Virus record (IMG/VR): IMGVR_UViG_3300020178_000002
Coordinates: 62,001-126,000 of that record
DNA: 64,000 nt
Strand: one strand, 5' to 3'
A program made the translations under genes and the position numbers. This document shows, piece by piece, positions 55,977-64,000 of the stretch (positions are counted from its first letter, which is position 1; every line of letters starts with the position of its first letter). Below the pieces are notes generated by a model. That model ran no database searches and was not told where the DNA came from. It worked only from the letters and a program-made list of their open reading frames with translations.

Positions 55977-57033
55977 TATCTAGTTCCTTTCTTATATCCT
56001 CTAGCTCTTCCTCAGATGGATTTACAAGCTGACCTAAAGAGTTCGAAACAAACACATCTTTCCTCAAGACTTTTTTGCCTAGAACTTCTTCAAAGTTGGA
56101 CTCAAAGTATTTCTTATCTTTGAAAAGTTTAGAGAAATGTCTAACCACATAGCCTTTTTGGAAGAAAGCTTCTGAGCCACTGTAATAGAAAAACCCTAAA
56201 ATACCAAGAGGGATCATTCCTTTTAAAAGAAGCATTCCATAGCCCATCTCAACCACAACAATCCAGAGTATTGATTGAGGGAGAATTCTCCTTATAACAT
56301 CGTTTGTATAATTACTTTTAGTTATTTTAACTTGTTGTCCTGTTCCTCTTTGCAGCTTTTTGCCTGTATATGCCTCATTGTCTACCATATCTCGCATAAG
56401 CTGGAACATAGTATTAAAGATATTCAAAGAGTCAAAGGCAGCTTTAGCTACCTCAGAAACAGTTCTTGTACCAATATCTCTGTCTGTAACCATCTTAGCT
56501 CTAGCAGCAAGACTGTTCTCATCTTTACCCTCATAGCCCATTAAGTATTCTTCATAGAAAGGATCTGCCATATAGAAAGTGCCTTGAGATTTAACATAGG
56601 CACTTCGGAAGTGCCTGCCATTGAACATCTTGCTCTTTTTTATTCGATTGCTTAGATAAACACTCACAGCCTTTGCTGTTCTTTTTTTGTTGTTTATTTT
56701 GTCTTTAACACCCAACAGCCATGAATCATACATTGCACTTAAAAGTCTCTTATAAGCTACCTTTCTAAAGAAATTAGTAAGGTGCGAGATGACAGGTGTA
56801 GATAAAAAGAACTTTTTGGTCACAGCATGGATTGCATTGACTGTCTTCTGATAAAGGTTTTTAACCCAGATCACACCTGAAGATATAGCATTAGTTAGCC
56901 AGTTAGAGACCTTAGGCATTGAGTTTGCTTGTCTTAACTGATAGTTTGCAATCTTATATAAAGAAGACCTGTCAACAGAAGCAAGCTTGACTTGAGCAGA
57001 GAATTGCTCTGGAGAAGCAAGGAAATTAATCAT
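55969..57033 (-). CDS. Membrane protein, tandem paralogue B
   Basis: MINFL..KLAS..KIANYQLRQA; PFYEEYLMGYEG; RDIGTRT. Confidence 0.75.
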   Translation of the reverse strand: MINFLASPEQFSAQVKLASVDRSSLYKIANYQLRQANSMPKVSNWLTNAISSGVIWVKNLYQKTVNAIHAVTKKFFLSTPVISHLTNFFRKVAYKRLLSAMYDSWLLGVKDKINNKKRTAKAVSVYLSNRIKKSKMFNGRHFRSAYVKSQGTFYMADPFYEEYLMGYEGKDENSLAARAKMVTDRDIGTRTVSEVAKAAFDSLNIFNTMFQLMRDMVDNEAYTGKKLQRGTGQQVKITKSNYTNDVIRRILPQSILWIVVVEMGYGMLLLKGMIPLGILGFFYYSGSEAFFQKGYVVRHFSKLFKDKKYFESNFEEVLGKKVLRKDVFVSNSLGQLVNPSEEELEDIRKELDND

Positions 57034-57074
57034 ATCTTTACCCTTTGAGTGTGTTATGTTGATAACATAAGGCT

Positions 57075-57087
57075 TATAAATGAATTA
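57075..57087 (-). promoter_or_regulatory. Putative late promoter motif
   Basis: TAATTCATTTATA, 41 nt upstream of 57033; identical to 10693. Confidence 0.6.
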
Positions 57088-57627
57088 TTAGCCACCCATC
57101 TTAAACTTCCCACCAACAGCAACAGTTTTAGATACTGCCCAAGGGTCTTGGACTACAGGCTTTACCTCTTCTAAGTGACCCCCTAAGTTAAAGGATTGTG
57201 CAGGTGTGTTGAAGCTACTGTCTGCTTTTCTAGGCACTGCTTCCTGAACCTCTGGGGGCTGACAATCTTGTACTTCTATGGTAGGTTTAACCTCTATTAT
57301 AGTAGGCTTAACTTCTATCTTTGGTTCTTCTATATGAACCAAAGGTTGAGAACTAGACCCCCAAGTTTCACTCTGTTGCTCTTGGAAAACTTCTAAGTCT
57401 GCAATGCCTTCCCACCTAGAAGACTCTGATTGCTTGACTATATTTGGATTGTCTAGCAACCTATCTACCTGAGTTAGTATTCTCTTATCCCAAGAAGAAT
57501 AACCCCAACTCGCACGAACACACTCTCTATTCTTGCATTGAGAGCAAAAAATCTCTTCAAACTGTTGAGGGCTTAACTTAGAAGCCCCGTCATTGCATTC
57601 TATATAAAAATCTTTGCTTGGTTTCAT
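57088..57627 (-). CDS. Hypothetical protein, N-terminal Cys cluster and low-complexity tail
   Basis: C..FCSQCKNRECVR; motif TAGGCTCTTTATG at 57662-57674 upstream. Confidence 0.65.
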   Translation of the reverse strand: MKPSKDFYIECNDGASKLSPQQFEEIFCSQCKNRECVRASWGYSSWDKRILTQVDRLLDNPNIVKQSESSRWEGIADLEVFQEQQSETWGSSSQPLVHIEEPKIEVKPTIIEVKPTIEVQDCQPPEVQEAVPRKADSSFNTPAQSFNLGGHLEEVKPVVQDPWAVSKTVAVGGKFKMGG

Positions 57628-57671
57628 CTGGATCTCTCTTTCAAGTTATATCTCAGAATACCATAAAGAGC

Positions 57672-58028
57672 CTATAACGTAAAAGTAAGGTGTAAAAGAG
57701 AGCCTTTCTTTTTGTATGATAAAGTGTAGCCTTTTGGTGCAACGACACGCAAACCTTTTGCTTCCTGCTTTAAGAACACCTCTCCTACAAAAGAGCTTGA
57801 GCCAGAGCTAGTAAAACAGTCTTTAATCAGTAGTGTGTTTCCTTGCTTTTCATAAGTGACCCACTCTATAGGCTCATTGAAAGAGAGTATGATTGATATA
57901 GTCTTATCAGCAGAGACACGAACTGCCTCTGGGATAGTATATAAATAATTCTCATCAATACACCCAACCTCGGCTAAACTAACAGATAGAGGGAGAATTG
58001 TAAGTATGCAACATAGTAAATACTTCAT
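57672..58028 (-). CDS. Exported protein with signal peptide
   Basis: MKYLLCCILTILPLSVSLA-E. Confidence 0.6.
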   Translation of the reverse strand: MKYLLCCILTILPLSVSLAEVGCIDENYLYTIPEAVRVSADKTISIILSFNEPIEWVTYEKQGNTLLIKDCFTSSGSSSFVGEVFLKQEAKGLRVVAPKGYTLSYKKKGSLLHLTFTL

Positions 58029-58618
58029 AGCAAGCCTTTCTTTAATCTTGCATGTTTTCTTCGAACAGCCAAAACACTTTTGTTTAAATGAGTGGAGATC
58101 TCAGCAAAAGAAGTACCTTTAGCTCTCTCTCTTAAGAGATAGTTTTCTTCTTTCCCTGTCCAACCTTTTTTATTAACATCTAGCCAGAGTCTATCTCTTT
58201 TATTTCTACATGCACTAGCAGGTCGGCCTATGGCTTTTGAAATATCTTCCCAAGATTGACCTTCAGAAACCATCTTAGAGAGCATCTCTATTTCATCTTC
58301 TGTCCAAGCATTGTATTCAAGGCTATAGCCCATCCTAGAAGCCTTTAATCGGATAGCTTTTTCTGACTTACCTAGAGATCTTGCAATACCTTTAGTTGAG
58401 CTTTTGTCATATATAGCTCTAGCTAGCTTTGCTTCCTCTTCCTCAGTCCATGTTCTCTCGCCTCTATGTGTCTTTCTGACCTTACTTTTTAAGCCGAGTT
58501 CTGACATTTTCTTCTTTACCCCAGATTCTCCTCTGCCAAGACTCTGAGCTACCTTGTGAATAGGGTAGATTTCAAGAAGAACTTCTAGCTTTAACAAATC
58601 CTCGCTTGACCACTTCAT
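58025..58618 (-). CDS. Myb/SANT-like HTH repeat DNA-binding protein (4 repeats)
   Basis: WSSEDL, WTEEEE, WTEDEI, WTGKEE, each followed by IAxxLG[RK]-type helices. Confidence 0.75.
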   Translation of the reverse strand: MKWSSEDLLKLEVLLEIYPIHKVAQSLGRGESGVKKKMSELGLKSKVRKTHRGERTWTEEEEAKLARAIYDKSSTKGIARSLGKSEKAIRLKASRMGYSLEYNAWTEDEIEMLSKMVSEGQSWEDISKAIGRPASACRNKRDRLWLDVNKKGWTGKEENYLLRERAKGTSFAEISTHLNKSVLAVRRKHARLKKGLL

Positions 58619-58679
58619 TTTAAAAACCTTTCTGTATAAGTATTTTCTACTTATAGAAAAAGGCTTTGAACCCTATTAA

Positions 58680-59567
58680 TTAAAGAGCAGTATTATCTTC
58701 TTCTCCATTAGGAACATCATCTAACAAACACTGATAAAGGCTAAGTGGATTCTTTAAAGCTAGAGGGTTGTTTAAATCGGGAACTCTTTTAGGGTAGTCT
58801 TCTTTAACATTGAAGAAGTTTAAATCTATGTTAGTGATGATATAACTCAAATGGTTATCTGCCAAGAGTTCTTTTTTGTCGAAAGTTTCTAGTGTAGCTA
58901 CGCTACCTGCAAGGGTGTTATACAAGATAACATCTCTTTCTTTCATAAGTTGCTCTCTAAGGTCACAAAGTTTAAGAATCCTAGCTTCTAGGTCATTCCT
59001 TAGCTGTGCAATCTCTTGTCTTATCCAACCTCTGGCTTTTGAAACTTGACCACCAACTTCATCAGCTTCTGGAAATACATTAACTTCTCCGCTACCTAAC
59101 TTTCGAGGAGAGTACTTCCATAAAGGAAGCCAACCTCTTTGGTCCACACCCCTAAAATCTTCTTCTTCCTGACCTTGAGGTGCAAGAACTCCACCATAAG
59201 GCTGGGTGAAAGAAACCTTTGTATCACCTACAGTCCAACCCTCATTAGAGTCATCTTCACCAACTTCTACAATTTTGTAGGAGTCTGGCATTAGGAACAT
59301 TGAGATATCAAAAGGATTTCCACCTTGTGCGATATATGCAACAAGAAGCTTACCTAGCGAGGTATCTCTATTAACACTAATGCCTGTCCTTTTTTCTGTC
59401 CTTTTACCATCAGCTTCTTCGTAAGTAATGGTGATATTACCTATCTTGTCTAGCTCTCTTTGGATATAGAGAAATCTATCTGGTACATTTTGTCTTTGGT
59501 TGAGTGCAAACCTTCTAAACTCAAGCCAAGAGCCTTTTCTAAACATACATGTCCAACCAAAACTCAT
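58680..59567 (-). CDS. Hypothetical, probably structural protein
   Basis: Last gene of a tightly coupled operon of large genes. Confidence 0.55.
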   Translation of the reverse strand: MSFGWTCMFRKGSWLEFRRFALNQRQNVPDRFLYIQRELDKIGNITITYEEADGKRTEKRTGISVNRDTSLGKLLVAYIAQGGNPFDISMFLMPDSYKIVEVGEDDSNEGWTVGDTKVSFTQPYGGVLAPQGQEEEDFRGVDQRGWLPLWKYSPRKLGSGEVNVFPEADEVGGQVSKARGWIRQEIAQLRNDLEARILKLCDLREQLMKERDVILYNTLAGSVATLETFDKKELLADNHLSYIITNIDLNFFNVKEDYPKRVPDLNNPLALKNPLSLYQCLLDDVPNGEEDNTAL

Positions 59568-61987
59568 TAGTCATCTCCTCCAATCATAAGCTTAAGAAGA
59601 TCTACCACAATATTAGGTAGGCCACCAGCTACAAGCATAGCACCTACTCCTACTCCATCATTTCCAATAGGAGGTTTGTTTTCTGATCTAGAAATAGCTG
59701 AAACTAAGGCATTTGTGCCATTTGTGATGTGGTAAGTTGCAAAGATACCTGTGGGTAAACTGAAGTTTAATATCGCATCTATCAGAGCTTTAATTTTTAA
59801 GATGATGAGCCTTAGCTCCTCAATTCGAATCTGAATCAACTTTATGTACTTTAAGATCTCATCAATTATTCCTTGAGTTGCATTAAAAAAGCGATCCAGA
59901 AAAGACTTAAAATCTTCAAAACCAGAGATAAGAGCAGACAAGTCTGTGTTCTCAAAAGGTCGATACTTATACCACTGACCTCCAAAAGAACCTGCAACTA
60001 CGGGAACTCCATAAAGTAAAATAGCACCATTCTCTACTATCTTCCTAGCTTGAGGCAATGAACCTATATAACTCTGTACTTTGTTCGACCCCTCAAGTAT
60101 AGAAATAAACCCTTGAGGGTATGTATCTACAATGATTTCATACTCTGCATATATCTCTATGTTATCCCAAATTTTTTCCAAATCCTCAAAAGAGGTATAA
60201 CCTTCAAACATATTCTCACCAAATTCAGTGAATATGCCTTCATACTCTGGAGTACTACTTTTGAAGTAACCATCCTCATTCCCACCACTGTCTTGGCTTT
60301 GAACTAAAACCTCAAAGAAAGAGAAAGGGAGTTGGTTAATCTCATCAATCAAATTTTGGTTTGCAGAAATAAAATCTGCTGCTGGAAGTGTTGTGTTTAA
60401 CAAAGATCTTTCAATGAAGCTTTCAAAGAACTCTAAAGTAATCTCTCTATCACCAAAAGTGCTTAATGAGTCATCATAAACTTTAGCCTTGATAGAACTA
60501 AGGAACTTTGCAGTCTCGCCATAAATCATCTCTTGATTGAAATAATACTTTTGAGCTTCTACACTTTCAAGATTACAAAGGTAATAGATTGTGTAAAACT
60601 CTCTTAAAGCTCTAAGAAAGTCAGACTTTTGTATTGTTGGTATGTCTATATGCTTTATCTCTGTAGGTTCAGACAAACCAAGCACCTCAACACCAGATAA
60701 TTGATAAGGGTCAATTAAATCTTCTTCCACCCCATTTACTTTTTTTAGGTTTGAATCTCTTACTGTCTCATAGAAAAGAGTCTGATCCTCTGGCTTATTG
60801 TATGAGTATACAGAGACATAATAATCATCTGCAAGTTTATTGCCTATCTTCATCTCTTCTAATGGTAAGTAAGCTTCAAAGTCTGGGTCATTTAAGAAGC
60901 CAAAAATCTCATTGTCTGGGACTTCTAGCGAATATACCCTATAAGCATCTTTAAGAGAGACTCCCTCGGCCTTGTTTAGATAGACATCTTCTTCTGCAAG
61001 AACAGCATACCTGTAATCTTCTGTCTTAAGATTAGAGTTTTTTACCTCTAAGCCAACAACTTCAGCATCGTCTGCAAGAGGCTGACTCTTACTTAAAACC
61101 AAAGGAAGTAAGTTTGCAGGTATTTGTCTAGGGTTTTCAATAAGCTTGACTTCTGTTTTAGAGTCCTGACCTTTCTCTCCCTCGTTGCTATCCAGAGTTC
61201 TGGTCTTTAAATACCCTATCTTCTCATTCTTGTTCCTAGTTGAGATCGCTATAAGGAACTCTTTTGGAGCTAAATAAGGTCTAGGGAAGAAAGGATTATC
61301 TGAGGGTTGACCTTTTAACTGCCATTTAACCTTAACACCATCTGGAAGACTATCTTCTGTAAAGCTACTCTTAAAGTCTACTTCGTACTTTAATAAGCCT
61401 CCCTTATAGAGAGATGTTTCTAAGTTTTTCGGAGAGGATGCTTTATCCTCATTACCACCTTTTTTCAAAAGAGCTAAGAGCTGGCTAATAGGCTTAATGA
61501 TATTTTTGTAGATGCCTTCAATACCTTCTAAACCAACCCCTGCAAAGAAGTTAATTGCAAAAAGGCTAGTATCAGCAGAAAAGTCTGGCCTTGTGTAATC
61601 ATCCTTATTTAAAAGCTTCTTTATAATTCTATCTTCGTATGCTGGATAGCCACCAAAGTATTGTGCAATGTCCTCTGTAAAACCCTTATCATAAGTATAA
61701 TAGAAGCCAGCTTTCTTGATGTCATTTATTAAAGATTCTAAGATAGAAAGTATAAGCTCTATTACAGGCTTAAGTGGGTTTGTTATATCTAGTAAGAAAG
61801 AAGCAATTAAATCTAAGACTGTGTTGACTAACTCAAAGCCTAACAAAATTACTTCAAAGACAGCATCTGTCTGCTGCTTTATTTCTTTAGATACTTTTGC
61901 AAGGTCACTTCTAGCTGGCCCAAAAGGGTCAAAGACACCCCAAGAGTCTCTTGATGGTTTTTTAAAAGCTTTATCTGAATCAGGCAT
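59567..61987 (-). CDS. Large hypothetical, probably virion structural protein
   Basis: 806 aa; amphipathic helices at both ends, beta-rich middle. Confidence 0.55.
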   Translation of the reverse strand: MPDSDKAFKKPSRDSWGVFDPFGPARSDLAKVSKEIKQQTDAVFEVILLGFELVNTVLDLIASFLLDITNPLKPVIELILSILESLINDIKKAGFYYTYDKGFTEDIAQYFGGYPAYEDRIIKKLLNKDDYTRPDFSADTSLFAINFFAGVGLEGIEGIYKNIIKPISQLLALLKKGGNEDKASSPKNLETSLYKGGLLKYEVDFKSSFTEDSLPDGVKVKWQLKGQPSDNPFFPRPYLAPKEFLIAISTRNKNEKIGYLKTRTLDSNEGEKGQDSKTEVKLIENPRQIPANLLPLVLSKSQPLADDAEVVGLEVKNSNLKTEDYRYAVLAEEDVYLNKAEGVSLKDAYRVYSLEVPDNEIFGFLNDPDFEAYLPLEEMKIGNKLADDYYVSVYSYNKPEDQTLFYETVRDSNLKKVNGVEEDLIDPYQLSGVEVLGLSEPTEIKHIDIPTIQKSDFLRALREFYTIYYLCNLESVEAQKYYFNQEMIYGETAKFLSSIKAKVYDDSLSTFGDREITLEFFESFIERSLLNTTLPAADFISANQNLIDEINQLPFSFFEVLVQSQDSGGNEDGYFKSSTPEYEGIFTEFGENMFEGYTSFEDLEKIWDNIEIYAEYEIIVDTYPQGFISILEGSNKVQSYIGSLPQARKIVENGAILLYGVPVVAGSFGGQWYKYRPFENTDLSALISGFEDFKSFLDRFFNATQGIIDEILKYIKLIQIRIEELRLIILKIKALIDAILNFSLPTGIFATYHITNGTNALVSAISRSENKPPIGNDGVGVGAMLVAGGLPNIVVDLLKLMIGGDD

Positions 61988-62192
61988 CTCTATTCCTCAC
62001 TTTCCTTTTTTTCTTTTGAAGTAAAAGTAAGTCTTTCTTCTTCTCAAGATACTCTAAGTTCTCAATGTTCTTTTCAAGCTCCTCTGAAAAATGATCTTTG
62101 AGTTTAATTAGGTTTTCAAGCAAATCGCCTACTTGAGTACCCTCAAAGTTGACCTTAGTGCCCTCTGTCTGATTCCATTTATTCTCACTCAT
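61980..62192 (-). CDS. Small coiled-coil protein
   Basis: 8-nt overlaps with both neighbours; GGAGG RBS. Confidence 0.6.
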   Translation of the reverse strand: MSENKWNQTEGTKVNFEGTQVGDLLENLIKLKDHFSEELEKNIENLEYLEKKKDLLLLQKKKRKVRNRDA

Positions 62193-64000
62193 CTATGTCC
62201 TCCAAAGCTTTTATGTCTGGGCTTGCCAGATCTATTCGAGAGAGCTTTTGTAAAGTACCCTCTACAGTATTAGTCCTTACCTTAATCCACCTGTTTCTCT
62301 TCTCTCTAGCTTCCATAATAGAAAGACCAGAATTAAACAGTGAAGGCATACCTGTCACTAAAGTATGACCCTCATTAAGCATTTGAGGGTCTTCTACTAG
62401 CAATCTTCTGTCTGGAACAGACAACATATCATCACTGAATGGGAATGAACCATCTCCAAGTATTGTCGAAATCAACAAATCATTTGAAGGGTGGGTGTTA
62501 TCATTAACCCCTACCTTATCAATCAAATCTTCTGCTTCATATAAAGCCCAAGTTTGTCTTTCTAAAGGTATAGAGTTAAATTGCCTAATCTTATCAGCCC
62601 AAGATAAGGTTCTCTCTCTAAAGAAGAAAACAAGAGCTGCTAAAGAATCATTAAGATAGGTCTTCCTCTTGTATATCTTGTAAGAGAATGGATGAATTGA
62701 ATTAGGGTTAGCTGTGTAAGTTCCATTTTCAATACCAGATGTCACCCTTAGTTCATTTGAACTCACACCATTAACCAATGGTAAGAAATAATCTTCTGGA
62801 TTATCATCTCCTGCATAAAACTCAACAGATATAGAGTTAGCTGTAAATGAAGTGATCTTATAAACACCTCTATTGTCATCCAAAGGACTAGGGCTACCAA
62901 ACACCCCCTGTGAGTCATCACCTAAAGGTGGCTGACCATACTCATCTAAAGTGTTCGGAAGCAAACCTTGAGGATCTATGATCAAGTAATATAACTCTTG
63001 ATCATCTGCATTTAAGAGAAGATTGAAATCTACATTGGTGTCTGTTAGCTCATTTACTTGGTCTACACTTATCCCATCTACAGGCTCTGATGAATACACC
63101 TCTTCAAAGCCATGTGAGATGAACTTCTCAAAAGACTGTATTTCAGGTACTAAACTATCCCTAACCTCTACTTTAAAGTAAGAATGCAGGTCTGAAAGAG
63201 AACCCGAAACGACCTTACCTAATAAGTAGGTGTCGTCTACCTCTGAAACTCTAAACTTAAGAGTTTCATTGTCCTCTTCATCAAAACACCTTACTATATC
63301 TCCGATAGATACTGTGTCTGTAAAGAGACCTATGTTAGTACCCTGACCACTATAATCAAAGTAGTCCTCAACAGAAGCTAACCTTATTAAATCTCCCACT
63401 CTGTCTATCTGGCTAACAATCCCATATCTTTCATCATAAAGGAATCTAAAGCCTGTTAAAGTAGTATGAAGCCTTGTAAATAATTCACTAAATCTTCTAA
63501 GCCTACGAACTACAAAACCTACTTCTTCATAACCTACCCAACCTGTAGTGCCACTCACTGTGTAATCAGAAAAAGTCTTAACTTGTGAAGTAGGGTCACC
63601 CAATAAAACAGGCTCTGTACCTCTGTAATCTCTCCATAATTCTGGGAAAGAATTGTCTAAGTAAATACCCCTATAACTATTCACTGTGAATGTTATAATG
63701 TCCTCTGGTGTTATAAAGGCTTCACCATAGTCATTCCCTGCACCATCTAAGATGGAAGCAAAAGAAGCAGACCATGAACCCCCAAAAAGAACCCTCAAAG
63801 TATAAAGACCTGAAACTATAAAACCATCATATATGCTTGAAAGAGAACTTGAAGTACCTGTTAAACCACCAGCTACTTGTAAAGAGTAGTCAAAAGAACC
63901 CTCTACATCAACAATATGCAAAGAGCTGACTAAAGAAGTCTTAAGGGTATCAAATGAAAACTTATGAATACCAGCAATGGTCTGACCAGCACTGTCTAAA
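62185..64000 (-). CDS. C-terminal part of a large acidic, probably structural (baseplate/tail) protein; 5' end outside the window
   Basis: Frame stays open from 63921 to the window end (LDSAGQTIAGIHKFSFD...). Confidence 0.6.
   Translation of the reverse strand, partial: LDSAGQTIAGIHKFSFDTLKTSLVSSLHIVDVEGSFDYSLQVAGGLTGTSSSLSSIYDGFIVSGLYTLRVLFGGSWSASFASILDGAGNDYGEAFITPEDIITFTVNSYRGIYLDNSFPELWRDYRGTEPVLLGDPTSQVKTFSDYTVSGTTGWVGYEEVGFVVRRLRRFSELFTRLHTTLTGFRFLYDERYGIVSQIDRVGDLIRLASVEDYFDYSGQGTNIGLFTDTVSIGDIVRCFDEEDNETLKFRVSEVDDTYLLGKVVSGSLSDLHSYFKVEVRDSLVPEIQSFEKFISHGFEEVYSSEPVDGISVDQVNELTDTNVDFNLLLNADDQELYYLIIDPQGLLPNTLDEYGQPPLGDDSQGVFGSPSPLDDNRGVYKITSFTANSISVEFYAGDDNPEDYFLPLVNGVSSNELRVTSGIENGTYTANPNSIHPFSYKIYKRKTYLNDSLAALVFFFRERTLSWADKIRQFNSIPLERQTWALYEAEDLIDKVGVNDNTHPSNDLLISTILGDGSFPFSDDMLSVPDRRLLVEDPQMLNEGHTLVTGMPSLFNSGLSIMEAREKRNRWIKVRTNTVEGTLQKLSRIDLASPDIKALEDIDE

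Noticed and set aside
1-64000. Stop-codon reassignment as in some large phages
   Set aside because: Core genes are full length under the standard code, and TAA, TAG and TGA all end well-defined genes.

Overview
AT-rich, densely coding 64-kb segment of a large (probably jumbo) contractile-tailed bacteriophage, read with the standard genetic code. The left end holds a tail module on the minus strand: truncated baseplate-hub-like gene, two tube-initiator-like paralogues, tape measure, two chaperones and tail tube. The right end holds further large, probably structural genes. Replication and DNA-metabolism genes lie between them: SNF2 helicase, three SPPY-type DNA methyltransferases, topoisomerase IB, family A DNA polymerase, RecD2-like helicase, DnaC-like and DnaB-like proteins, nucleases, ClpP and a sigma-70-like factor. 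Two linked signals stand out. (i) An oriented DNA motif TA-N5-TTTAT sits 27-48 nt upstream of 15 genes, including the tail tube, and is a candidate phage late promoter. (ii) The otherwise unrelated proteins downstream of that motif share portable basic leader or trailer peptides ending in [K/R]-x-[A/S], e.g. MRQLTASQKIAILENRVAQLEKQA. One leader has been copied at DNA level onto an unrelated gene body. I infer a capsid-targeting and protease-maturation system that loads a payload of membrane proteins and enzymes (GNATs, Ntn-hydrolase/GGCT fusion, possibly TopIB) into the virion. It would be analogous to T4 and phiKZ internal head proteins but with a different (Ala/Ser) cleavage code. All family calls come from reading motifs by eye; no searches were run. 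No tRNA, rRNA, CRISPR array or transposon was seen.
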